A DNA stretch of 56,201 bases from positions 1-56,201 of the IMG/VR virus record IMGVR_UViG_3300027777_000045. One strand, written 5' to 3'. Under the pieces are notes generated by a model, which was not told the DNA's origin, did no database searches, and worked only from the letters and a program-made list of their open reading frames with translations. Positions within the stretch are counted from its first letter, which is position 1, and each line of letters opens with the position of its first letter. The stretch is from a virus (taxonomy: Duplodnaviria; Caudoviricetes). Positions 22,001 to 30,854 of the stretch are shown one piece after another. The translations under genes were made by a program, and so were the position numbers.

Positions 22001-22991
22001 ATCTTGTTATTTGTATAACAGAGGTATTCACCGCCAATACTTTACCAGAAGCACCAGTATCGGACTGTGTTACAGTTCCACCAGTATTAAAATAACCTTG
22101 AGTATACAGATAGTTTATAATATCATAAGGTTGTTCTACATAATAGCCGGTAGTAACAGTTCCTGATATATTAGCAAGATCTAGTCTTGTATAAGTGTCG
22201 AACGGTTCATTAACAACAATTTGTTTGGAAGTTCCGTTTGATCCAGCAATCTCTCGAATCTGACCAGCACCAAATCCTGATTTCAGATAGATGGAAGAGT
22301 TTACATAATAGTCATCTGTATTTGATGCTGTTAATGGAAGCTGAACGACATATTTGTTAACCATCCCACCAATGTAACCTGTTTCATAAACAAAATAACT
22401 ATTTCCACCATCGATGATTTTAATGACATCGATGGAACCTGGAGTCGTGTTACCTTGAACAGCAGCATTAGTACTAACAGGGATATAATTTGCTGTAGTA
22501 AACTTAGTATTGGAAGCGGAGTCAATAGTATACATATACCTCCAAACGTAACCGTCTCCAGTTTTAAACGTACCAGAAGTAGAAGTTAGCGTTGGTTTGA
22601 CGTAAGAAACCACACCGCCGTTATTATCAATACACTTATATACTTCATATTTGTCTGTGACAACATAAAATTGTTTGTTATAAAGATCACCATCGTCCTG
22701 GTCATATATACTATATACAGTATTACCTGTCCAGTTATATCTGGGTATTAAATTATTAACATCCGAGTATGTTAAAAGCTTACCATAAAGCATATCTTTA
22801 TATAAGTATTGTTGAACTTGAGCAACGGAATTATTTGTGCTCAATATAGCTGTATCGTCATCACCTCCGGAACTATTAGCCCACGATTGAGGTTTGGAAG
22901 CAAACATATAATAGCCATTTCTTTTATTACGAATATCAGTAATAAAACCGTTTGCCTGATTTACATAATGATTAATTGTAAGTGTTGCCAT
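19077..22991 (-). CDS. gp8: Baseplate wedge protein gp8-like with a very large internal insertion
   Basis: IPRYNWT...FYVVTDKYEVYKCIDN...TGDGYVWRYMYTI at the N-terminus; SGKMIYVESFTPVTRS...EEVKLIIKF at the C-terminus; follows gp7. Confidence 0.8.
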   Translation of the reverse strand: MATLTINHYVNQANGFITDIRNKRNGYYMFASKPQSWANSSGGDDDTAILSTNNSVAQVQQYLYKDMLYGKLLTYSDVNNLIPRYNWTGNTVYSIYDQDDGDLYNKQFYVVTDKYEVYKCIDNNGGVVSYVKPTLTSTSGTFKTGDGYVWRYMYTIDSASNTKFTTANYIPVSTNAAVQGNTTPGSIDVIKIIDGGNSYFVYETGYIGGMVNKYVVQLPLTASNTDDYYVNSSIYLKSGFGAGQIREIAGSNGTSKQIVVNEPFDTYTRLDLANISGTVTTGYYVEQPYDIINYLYTQGYFNTGGTVTQSDTGASGKVLAVNTSVIQITRYVANTIFQNGLPIVDTAYSGTLKTGTVSVGNVGACNIAFITSNGSGYTANATVTITANGTGTGAVANAQANSTGKISAINITTAGNSYFVAPLLTISAPTAQTFNSNTAVTAGTGSGSNNVINLTRLDNISLSGGTALGYNNNDIITVKSATTNATVTFTTNSTGGSLTFTIANTGAGFALSGTIPVSNIAITNATGGTAAGNTNVTYLVANVTSATAFYTANDLITYTVATGNTAIGGLTSGTTYYVDFANSTVIALKATAVGSRIALTKGANQTGHSFRGQTASAVMYCDNQIIFGSGTQLNDSANGYSNNEYIRIGANTTSNIRRVVNTVNTTALIVSQPFNNSFSASANSHYKMPVVAEPTSIVISGSNGYISNTNLTSVQIAITNSSLSGIYFSVGEKVDMTDVSLVNQGANAVVAFSNSSTVILSSVAGTWQANSGGNQFYVSGESSLQKSQIMSVQSNPNITISNPYGEFKLGYPVTFRTTANGTSSGNATLIAKISLPNDQTEYQIGPTVKVTGDGSNVVAIAVVNTSANSSYNIVGINIVNPGTGFTQANVSIYANTNYGIGAQARAIISPVYGHGYDAVTELGGRYVGVDAVFDTITNESYKILGYGSYRKVGILQDPQFKDIKVTLTNFDRTNFTLNTSSYSSTGGGWTAGEVVLQSSTNAAGVVVYGNSSFLQLKSVKGTFNISNTIYGYYSNSTANVNAANTIYFPVGNSAEIITESNSGSIGIVTSIVNNSVYFMSNVVGQFVAGDIMYDSVVNAYATVSSIYTANGTTDVSSSFGIHFNQTGRITLTANTGAFSNNEYVQQEISLASGRIISNSDEKDLLVSSMSGTVAIGQTVTDTTTGANGICIFANSTYIKLTAVSQSLSFGPTHTINNGLGSTATISSVYPVLILSDVSDVNNFQAGSNAIIGQTSGASGTCNNYLLITNPDLVRDSGKMIYVESFTPVTRSTTSKEEVKLIIKF

Positions 22992-23016
22992 CAGTTCGCC
23001 CAGATACCTTTTTTAT

Positions 23017-23024
23017 TATTTATA
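23017..23024 (-). promoter_or_regulatory. T4-type late promoter TATAAATA
   Basis: Exact match between gp7 and gp8. Confidence 0.75.
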
Positions 23025-23030
23025 TAATTT

Positions 23031-24809
23031 TTACGATTGTGTCAGAGAGAAAAACTCCGGTTCTGATTCCTCGGTCGTAAGTTCATTTTTTAATCTAAAG
23101 CGACCGAATAAGGCAATCCCGGATGGATGAATTAAATCTTCCACAATTCCTTTATATACATTTAACATTCTATTGACCAAAATTTCATATGAAAAGTTTT
23201 GATAATAATAACTATCTTGAATTTTCATAATATCACTAACAAAGCCTTTATTGCTTTTCCAATAACCAGTGCCCTTGCCATCCGTATCGACTACAGCAGC
23301 ACCCGTGACAACAACACCCTTATTTATTGGTGTTGTCAAGAAAACAGTATCACCAGGAGAGAATCCAAACCCTGAATCAATAAGTTCAACAGCTGTAGCA
23401 ACACCTTGTGCATTAGCCACGGCAGAAGTTACAACAGCATTGTGTCCTTTAAACCCGCCAAATCCATCTGGAAATCCTTGACCTAAAACATTGGGTTCAA
23501 TGATGTCTATATATGGGTTAGAAGAATAACCAACACCAGGATTAATTTGTGAAAGAAATGCAATTGTTCCAGCCTCAATTGTAACAAAAGATAAAGTATC
23601 TGATATTCTAGAATTTAAATTTGCCACAGGATTCTTAGGAAAATTCCAATTAACGCTTAAATTTGCATTTAAATAATTTGTTATGTAATCAGTATTAATA
23701 TAAAGAATTTCTTTATTAACTAGACCGCCGATCTTAAATGTAGCATTAGCTCCACCGCCACCGATTACACTAAGAACAGTACCTGAAACACCATTTCCAT
23801 TTGTTACACTATCACCCACATAAAAATTTAAATTATTGCTAAAATTAATCATTTGAACAAATGAACTATTTGAAAATGTAATAGTTCCGTTTGCAGTTGT
23901 ATTGGAACTAGTTAATGTATCGCCTACAGAAAAAGCCCCAATGGTGCCTGAAACTACTAGATCCAAAGAGGTTGCAACTGTTATTACAGCGTTTAAACTG
24001 TAACCGCTACCGCCGTTAACAAGATTAAACTGAACTTTACCATTCTCATCTCTAATACCAGCAATTCTAGCTTTACCGGTAACGCCCGATCCTGAAATAT
24101 CAACGATATCGCCTTTTTTAAATCCCAAACCACCATTTTCAATTGCTACCGCAGTCAATGATCCAAGAATAACAGGGGCGTTACTTAAAGTTATTTCTGG
24201 AACTGATTCTGAAAGAATTCTTTCACCATATTTGAATCTACCTTCTATTGACGATAGATAAAGAATATGCATAAAACGATTATTAACAATTTTCTGATTT
24301 ACAGATTCAACAACAGCTTTTGCATTACGACTGCTATTATAAATTCGTTTACCAATTAATTTTTCTAAATACAAACTATCGGAAACTTCTATGTATCTAG
24401 GAACAGTCCAATCGCCATCAGAAGGTTTTAAAATAAATTCACCGGGAATATACAATTCAATTGATTCGTTAAAAACCATTCTGAATAATAATTCGTATGC
24501 ACGCGGAGTTCCTTTCGATCTATAAAGATCAAGTATATGTTTAACCAATAATTTTTTATCGGCTAAAACTGTTTCTGGTATTGAGTTTAAATATGTGTTT
24601 CTGAAATACTGAATAAAGTTTGCTTCAGTTGTGTCAATATCACCATAATCAAGTAATGATCTAGAATGATATAATACTTGATCTGTGGATTCAAGCCACT
24701 CATAATATGCTTTTACAAAAGCAATAAAATTTGGGCCCTCATCTTTATAAAATAAAGGGAATTGCTGAGGTACAAAAGATGATACAAATTTTTCTATTCT
24801 AGACATCAA
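23031..24809 (-). CDS. gp7: Baseplate wedge initiator gp7-like
   Basis: FIAFVKAYYEWLE, LYRSKGT..AYELLFR, KIQDSYYYQNFSYEI and HPSGIALFG motifs; lies between gp6 and gp8. Confidence 0.8.
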   Translation of the reverse strand: MMSRIEKFVSSFVPQQFPLFYKDEGPNFIAFVKAYYEWLESTDQVLYHSRSLLDYGDIDTTEANFIQYFRNTYLNSIPETVLADKKLLVKHILDLYRSKGTPRAYELLFRMVFNESIELYIPGEFILKPSDGDWTVPRYIEVSDSLYLEKLIGKRIYNSSRNAKAVVESVNQKIVNNRFMHILYLSSIEGRFKYGERILSESVPEITLSNAPVILGSLTAVAIENGGLGFKKGDIVDISGSGVTGKARIAGIRDENGKVQFNLVNGGSGYSLNAVITVATSLDLVVSGTIGAFSVGDTLTSSNTTANGTITFSNSSFVQMINFSNNLNFYVGDSVTNGNGVSGTVLSVIGGGGANATFKIGGLVNKEILYINTDYITNYLNANLSVNWNFPKNPVANLNSRISDTLSFVTIEAGTIAFLSQINPGVGYSSNPYIDIIEPNVLGQGFPDGFGGFKGHNAVVTSAVANAQGVATAVELIDSGFGFSPGDTVFLTTPINKGVVVTGAAVVDTDGKGTGYWKSNKGFVSDIMKIQDSYYYQNFSYEILVNRMLNVYKGIVEDLIHPSGIALFGRFRLKNELTTEESEPEFFSLTQS

Positions 24810-26617
24810 ATTGGATTTACCTGGATCGAAAGATTTTGTAAATCAACTTGTATTAAATCGTTTCCTTTGGTTATAATATCTAGATTGTTAGGTGTAGCAA
24901 AAAACTGTATTGATGATGAATCAACAAAACCATTTACGGTAATTTTGTTTAAAGCAATTTTTCCTGTTGCATAATCTATCTGCCCTGCAACGCTATAGGT
25001 TTCTGTTTTGGATATGTTTTTTAAATATACATTTTTTGATTTGTTTACAGCATTTACTTGACCATTTGTAGATTGTACTGGGACTATAGTAATATTTAAT
25101 GGGTTAAAATCGGTATATTGATAATTTTGGCCGTTACTGATAAACACAGTTGATGAAAAAGACCCTGGGGTAATTTCATTACGAAAATCAATATCAATAT
25201 AGGAATCAGTATTAAGCTGAGGATTTATATTTTTTCTCAGTGAAACGTAAGTTTCGTTACTGCTAATACTTTTATCGGAATCGTTAATTGCCGCTTCCAA
25301 TCTGGATAATTTAAATGTTGTATCAAAATTAATTAAGTTGTTTGAATTATAATTACTAATTGCGTTTGTTACTATATTCTTTATATCTGTTGGAGAATTA
25401 ACGGTTACTTTTGGATTATAGTAAACATAAGAAGTTATAAGCAAATAAAGATAATCGGGATCAATCATTTTTGGTACTATACCTAGAGTACATTTATCCG
25501 CCAGAAAAGTTTCTATGTCTTGTTTTTCAAAATTTGATAAAGGTGCGCCTGAATATGTTGCGGCTGCAATATAAACTCTGCCATAATTAACTGACGTATT
25601 AATCGTTTCACCGCCATAAACATTTACTGCTTTAACATCTCTGTAATTCATCATTACAAGATTTTTAAAATCATTGGTTGTAATTGCTCTATCTTGTGTC
25701 TGATAATGTCTAGGAGCATTAAATCTAATTGACTCAATATCTTCTGCAGTAGATCCGCTTGATGCAACTTGAGTTATACTAATTGATGATGTTATTGAAC
25801 CAATACCATTAATTGGACCAAGATTATCATCAAGAATAAAATTGGTGGAACCATCGGCACCGCCCGCGGAACTGATTCTATATGTTGAATATATGACGGA
25901 ACCATTGAGAGGGTAGTTACCAAAAACTCTATCACCGAATACCAATTCATATTTGGTATCTTCTGTTGCTTGTATAAAATACACATTTGATGTTGGTGTC
26001 AGTCCGTATAGGTTTGTAGCTTGTGTATATAAAGTATTTGTTTGTCCACCATCTTGTGAAACAACGATCGTAAGACTGTCCGTATCTATATTATCGTTAC
26101 TCATAATAAACCGTTGAGCTTCAACAGAAGTATCAACAACAAACGTATCTGTAATATAACTGCCGTCATATAAGTCAATTGCTGATGTAAATTTACCTGC
26201 TGATGGGTATAAAATATAAGACTGATTTGTAGTAAAAGTAAATGTATTACTACCACTTTTACCTGTAAATCTAGTACCAAATGGTATTTGGAATATTGAT
26301 AAATTTGACTGAGGGAACGAAATGTTTATTGTTGCTTTAGATGATTTTGCTGATCTTGGAACATAATTCAATTCTTTTGACTTACTGATAACACTATTTC
26401 TCAATTGGGCAGAATCAAGAAATGATTCAGATACAGCCATGTTAGTATAAAAAGCATTCATGTGTGTATTATATGTCAGAATATCAAGCAATACAGACAT
26501 ATTTGAGCCGTCAAAATCATAATCAGCAAATTGTGATTGATTTTTGAGATAAGACTTTAATGTGGATTTTAATGTATCAAAGTCAAGATTTACAAGACTG
26601 ATTGAATTATTTGCCAT
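24806..26617 (-). CDS. gp6: Baseplate wedge protein gp6
   Basis: LDFDTLKSTLKSYL...DYDFDGSNMSVLLDILTYNTH; ESFLDSAQLRNSV; EDIESIRFNAP..YQTQDRAITTNDF. Confidence 0.93.
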   Translation of the reverse strand: MANNSISLVNLDFDTLKSTLKSYLKNQSQFADYDFDGSNMSVLLDILTYNTHMNAFYTNMAVSESFLDSAQLRNSVISKSKELNYVPRSAKSSKATINISFPQSNLSIFQIPFGTRFTGKSGSNTFTFTTNQSYILYPSAGKFTSAIDLYDGSYITDTFVVDTSVEAQRFIMSNDNIDTDSLTIVVSQDGGQTNTLYTQATNLYGLTPTSNVYFIQATEDTKYELVFGDRVFGNYPLNGSVIYSTYRISSAGGADGSTNFILDDNLGPINGIGSITSSISITQVASSGSTAEDIESIRFNAPRHYQTQDRAITTNDFKNLVMMNYRDVKAVNVYGGETINTSVNYGRVYIAAATYSGAPLSNFEKQDIETFLADKCTLGIVPKMIDPDYLYLLITSYVYYNPKVTVNSPTDIKNIVTNAISNYNSNNLINFDTTFKLSRLEAAINDSDKSISSNETYVSLRKNINPQLNTDSYIDIDFRNEITPGSFSSTVFISNGQNYQYTDFNPLNITIVPVQSTNGQVNAVNKSKNVYLKNISKTETYSVAGQIDYATGKIALNKITVNGFVDSSSIQFFATPNNLDIITKGNDLIQVDLQNLSIQVNPI

Positions 26618-26619
26618 TC

Positions 26620-27042
26620 TTAACGTACTCGTCTAAGGATCAGATTTAAATTTTGTGGTGTAATGCTATTTATTATGGAAAAAATAAGATTTACCGCTAA
26701 ACGATCTTCCTCTGGATAATTGTAAATTTGCACCGAAAGTAAATTTACTCTTGGTTCATGAAATCGTATAGAATTTGTTATTGCATTTCTTAAATTTTCT
26801 TGAAGAATAATATCATTTGGTTCAAAAAGGGCATGATTGACATCAGAACCAAAATTAGGATTAAATCTTCTTTCACCAAGATTTGTAAGAAGTATGTTTC
26901 TCAATGCTTGTTTTATTGACTGTTCATTCTTCAATCGAACCACATCTTTTGTGATTGGATGTGGTGTAAGATCATCAAGGAAATCTGAAAAGAGATCCGG
27001 TATTAATTTTGTTTGTGTAAAATTATCGGCTCTTGTTGACAT
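26620..27042 (-). CDS. gp25: Baseplate wedge subunit gp25
   Basis: SIKQALRNILLTNLGERRFNPNFGS...HEPRV. Confidence 0.92.
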   Translation of the reverse strand: MSTRADNFTQTKLIPDLFSDFLDDLTPHPITKDVVRLKNEQSIKQALRNILLTNLGERRFNPNFGSDVNHALFEPNDIILQENLRNAITNSIRFHEPRVNLLSVQIYNYPEEDRLAVNLIFSIINSITPQNLNLILRRVR

Positions 27043-27045
27043 TTT

Positions 27046-28140
27046 TTATCCTGATATGTTTGCTGGTGGTGTTATTTGTTCTTGAGTTACAGGTAATGTA
27101 GCTGGTATTAATCCAGCAAACGATAAAGGAAAGCCAATTAATTGAAGAAAACTACAAAATGTAAATGGTATATACGTCAATAGTGCACCGAGACCAATTC
27201 GATTGAAAAACTCTTTTACAAGTTTCATCCAATTCTCTATTAAGTATAGTGGCCACTTAACAACAAAATCTTTGGCAGCAGAGATCAATCTATTTATTGT
27301 AAGTTCAGCAGATTCCGTCACATCCTCATATGCACCACCTAATAAATCCAAAAGTGTAAATCCAAAAATATTTATTGACTTTAAAGTAGCAATTATCATT
27401 TTGTAATATTGTTCAATTGGTAAAAGTTTTGAAACAGATGCAATTGCATCTTCAATAATTGTTTCAATATCTAAAGTAACCAGGGCCACAAGTGAAGGCA
27501 AACCAAGAGATCTCCAAATTGAATTAAACATTCCGATTAATGTATTGAACGCCGCGTGTAATATGCCGGTAGCAATGTTTGTCATTTCCATCACAAACCA
27601 AGACCAAATTTCTTGTACTTGCATTTCTGGGGCTTCAAGACCGAATTCACCACTAAATGATTTCCCAAGTCTACCAACTACTGCAAGAGCACCATTTAGA
27701 TTTTTTGTTATTCTTGATTTCACTTCCGCTCTATATTCGGCGTCTGTAAATAATTGCAGAATATTTACATTACCAAGAAATGGTACAGGGATTGTAACTA
27801 ATCCATTGATAATTGATCCAATAATTTCCAAACATTTTGCTAGAACATAAAGTTTAAACTCATATACAATAGCTCTAGCTTTAATTTCCCATTCATATTC
27901 GGGCATTGATAAAGCACCAAAAACAGGTTTTGTTACTGAAATAGGAAAATTACCAAGTAAATCATCAATTGACTTTAATGTGATTCTAATTTGATCTGCT
28001 ATTTCTTTATAACCAATTACGGTCAATATTGCTGGCAATGAAGCCATCTTTTTTAATGCTATAGCAAGATCGCCTGGCTTCGGTAAAAGAGTGTCTGGAC
28101 AACCGACATCCTTAATTATATCAGAAGTGTTTATTGTCAT
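27046..28140 (-). CDS. Hydrophobic alpha-helical hypothetical protein between the gp5 needle and gp25
   Basis: 364-aa ORF co-oriented in the operon; internal repeat (IPVPFLGNVNILQL / INIFGFTLLDL); no recognisable family. Confidence 0.7.
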   Translation of the reverse strand: MTINTSDIIKDVGCPDTLLPKPGDLAIALKKMASLPAILTVIGYKEIADQIRITLKSIDDLLGNFPISVTKPVFGALSMPEYEWEIKARAIVYEFKLYVLAKCLEIIGSIINGLVTIPVPFLGNVNILQLFTDAEYRAEVKSRITKNLNGALAVVGRLGKSFSGEFGLEAPEMQVQEIWSWFVMEMTNIATGILHAAFNTLIGMFNSIWRSLGLPSLVALVTLDIETIIEDAIASVSKLLPIEQYYKMIIATLKSINIFGFTLLDLLGGAYEDVTESAELTINRLISAAKDFVVKWPLYLIENWMKLVKEFFNRIGLGALLTYIPFTFCSFLQLIGFPLSFAGLIPATLPVTQEQITPPANISG

Positions 28141-28146
28141 AATTTA

Positions 28147-28884
28147 TTATCCATTTAGAATAATCTTACTTGCGGTAACAATAGTTTTACCAACAGACGT
28201 TGAATTAACTTGGCCTTTAGAGTTGATAGTGACATCACCGGAAGATGGTTTTGTATCTCCAGCCGTTGTAAACGTAATTGATTCAGCATCAATAATGAAA
28301 TTTTTACATTGGAATCTTATACTACCATCACTGACAATCTCAATATCACCATTGGAAGTTACAAACCAATTCCCAGATATTATTTCGGTTTTTGTATCTC
28401 CAATTCTTGTTACGGATTTACCAGTTATATCCTTAAATTCATTACCTTTGATTGTTGATGTATGTTTACCGCCGACTAAATCAGTCCTATCACCAACTAC
28501 TTTTTCTATTAAATTGCCACCGGCTCCCAAAACAAAATTACCACCAGCTGCTGTATATCTATTGCCTGCAGTTTCTTCGCTTACGGAACCGTCTACATTG
28601 ACATTCATTACACCTTTTACTTTTAAATCATAATGACCATCAACTGTAGTCGAAAAACCATCGCACATATAATAATATGATTTACCGACAGAGTTAACTA
28701 CAGTTCTTCCATCTTTATCAATCTCTACATAAGATCCTTTGGTGTGTGAAATTCGTAAACTTTCCTTGCCTGGGGTATCATTAATATGAATTTCATGACC
28801 ACTACGTGTAATCGTTGCTTGATTATACGGATATTCGGCTTCGAAAGTAGATGGAGGGTGACGACGGTTATTTGTATCCGACAT
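28147..28884 (-). CDS. gp5: gp5 C-terminal needle (beta-helix) as a stand-alone gene
   Basis: YPYNQ..TRSGHEIHINDTPGKESLRISHTKGSYVEI followed by 8-residue V.G repeats, ending KIILNG; own AGGA RBS. Confidence 0.8.
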   Translation of the reverse strand: MSDTNNRRHPPSTFEAEYPYNQATITRSGHEIHINDTPGKESLRISHTKGSYVEIDKDGRTVVNSVGKSYYYMCDGFSTTVDGHYDLKVKGVMNVNVDGSVSEETAGNRYTAAGGNFVLGAGGNLIEKVVGDRTDLVGGKHTSTIKGNEFKDITGKSVTRIGDTKTEIISGNWFVTSNGDIEIVSDGSIRFQCKNFIIDAESITFTTAGDTKPSSGDVTINSKGQVNSTSVGKTIVTASKIILNG

Positions 28885-28916
28885 AATTTATCCTATAATT
28901 TAAAATATTTTTCAAT

Positions 28917-30851
28917 TTAACCACCGGGTCTTGTTAAAGGAGGTAATCCAAGTTCAGCTCTTGTTATATTATTTTGCTCAAAAACACGTCTTGCTCGTTC
29001 CGCTGCATATATATCAGGATAATTTTCACGCATGTAATTTTCAACATCACCGCTTGTTCTGCTATATACACCTTCTCTTGCCCCGGCAAGTTGATATTGA
29101 GTTGCTAATCTATCATATTCCGAGGCATAAACAGATTGTGCTTGAGCAGCAGGAGCAGAATTTGTTGCTGCAGGAGTTTCAGCAGGTGCGGTATTATTTT
29201 CACTACTTCCTTGAGCTGGTCGACCAGCAAGACCTGCATTTAAATTTTGATCTTGTCTGGCTGCTACAGCTTGTGCTTCAGCAAATTCATCAACATCTGA
29301 TGATACTTGTGAAGATACCAATCTTGCTTTTTTGATATTTGTTTGAAATATTGATTGTAGACCCGAAGCAATTGTTGGGATAAGAGCGGCAACGGTTGCA
29401 ATTTTATTAGCTCCACCAAATCCTGCACCAAGAATTCTTGATAAACCAAATGTCTGTGTAAAATTAAGACTACTGGATACAGCTTGTGATAATGTATTAA
29501 ATGTAAGAGATCCACCACTTAATAATGTATTGCCGATTACACTTGTGAAATGATTTTGTGTTGCAAAAGAAGTATGTTCTTGTGCGTTTGCATAATTAGG
29601 TTGACCGTTTCTTAAAGTATAAACAGATAAACCAGTGGCTGGATCATTCCATTCAATATACCCGGGATGTGGATCATTTTCAACGGTATAATATTGCTGA
29701 ATATAATTATCAGGTGGTGTTTGTAAAATACTAGCTGAAGCAGGTCTTGATGATGTTGCGGTAGCTACTGCGGCTATAGGAATGGTAGGTACAGAATTTA
29801 GTAGTGTTTTAATTCCTAAATTTGCCGCACCTGAAACGGCATTACCTGCTGCAGTAACAGCACCTGTTGTCAAGTTAATTACATTATTAAGACCACCGGT
29901 AATTGTACCGACAATATTATTTAATCCACCAATTACAGATGCCATAGTAAAATCTGCGGCTTTAAATAATCCTTGATTAATAGGATTGACACCACAGACA
30001 CTAATATTTAATGCTTTAATAAGATCTTGTATTGCTTTTACACCAGAGACAGCTTTATTTAGCATCCCCATCAATTTGAATAAACCTATTTTATTAGCAA
30101 ACGATAAAATAGCATTACGGATAGCCCCAACCGCGGTTCTAACAATACCTGAAACAATTCCTTGGACAGTATTGCCAAGAAAATTAAATATCGAATTAAC
30201 GGAAATAAGACTATTATTTAAACATGGTAATGATGATAATGTTCCGAGTGGGTCAACCGCTTTTTTAATGTCTAAAACATCGCTGGTATTATCTTTACTA
30301 GCAGAAGCTGTTGTTGGTAATCCTGCATTTGCCATATTTCTTTGAACAGCGGTTGTAACATTAGCACCTTGGCTACTGTTTACAGAAGAAATACTTGCGG
30401 TACCAGAATCAATATTTGAAATTGAAACTCTATTATCATTTAATGAAGAATATGGGTTATTAGGATTGCCTTGGGAAGATTGAGGAATACTACCAGTATT
30501 TGTATTAATTCTTGGTGCACCATTAAGAATTTCATGGTCTATAGGATCACCTGCTTTGCCAATTGATCCTATGACTAATGGATATTGAAGATCATTACCG
30601 TCGGCCCAGAATCCTACAACACGAGAACCAACCACCAATCCAACAGGCGCGGATCCTATTCTACCGATAGCAGCTGAAGTTACAGATTGTGTTACTTGTG
30701 CCCATGGTAAAGCGGAATCAGGTATATTGGTTCTATCATCGTGTCGACCATATACTCTAATTTTAACTCTTCCAGATTGATGAGGATCATTTACATCGAC
30801 AACTTCACCAATCCAATATATCATATTTTGACCAAGATTTCTCTCAACCAT
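28917..30851 (-). CDS. gp5: gp5 N-terminal OB-fold protein with a long non-lysozyme extension
   Basis: WIGEVVDVNDPHQSGRVKIRVYGRH...LPWA...GSRVVGFWADG..LQYPLVIGSI. Confidence 0.8.
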   Translation of the reverse strand: MVERNLGQNMIYWIGEVVDVNDPHQSGRVKIRVYGRHDDRTNIPDSALPWAQVTQSVTSAAIGRIGSAPVGLVVGSRVVGFWADGNDLQYPLVIGSIGKAGDPIDHEILNGAPRINTNTGSIPQSSQGNPNNPYSSLNDNRVSISNIDSGTASISSVNSSQGANVTTAVQRNMANAGLPTTASASKDNTSDVLDIKKAVDPLGTLSSLPCLNNSLISVNSIFNFLGNTVQGIVSGIVRTAVGAIRNAILSFANKIGLFKLMGMLNKAVSGVKAIQDLIKALNISVCGVNPINQGLFKAADFTMASVIGGLNNIVGTITGGLNNVINLTTGAVTAAGNAVSGAANLGIKTLLNSVPTIPIAAVATATSSRPASASILQTPPDNYIQQYYTVENDPHPGYIEWNDPATGLSVYTLRNGQPNYANAQEHTSFATQNHFTSVIGNTLLSGGSLTFNTLSQAVSSSLNFTQTFGLSRILGAGFGGANKIATVAALIPTIASGLQSIFQTNIKKARLVSSQVSSDVDEFAEAQAVAARQDQNLNAGLAGRPAQGSSENNTAPAETPAATNSAPAAQAQSVYASEYDRLATQYQLAGAREGVYSRTSGDVENYMRENYPDIYAAERARRVFEQNNITRAELGLPPLTRPGG

Positions 30852-30854
30852 AAT

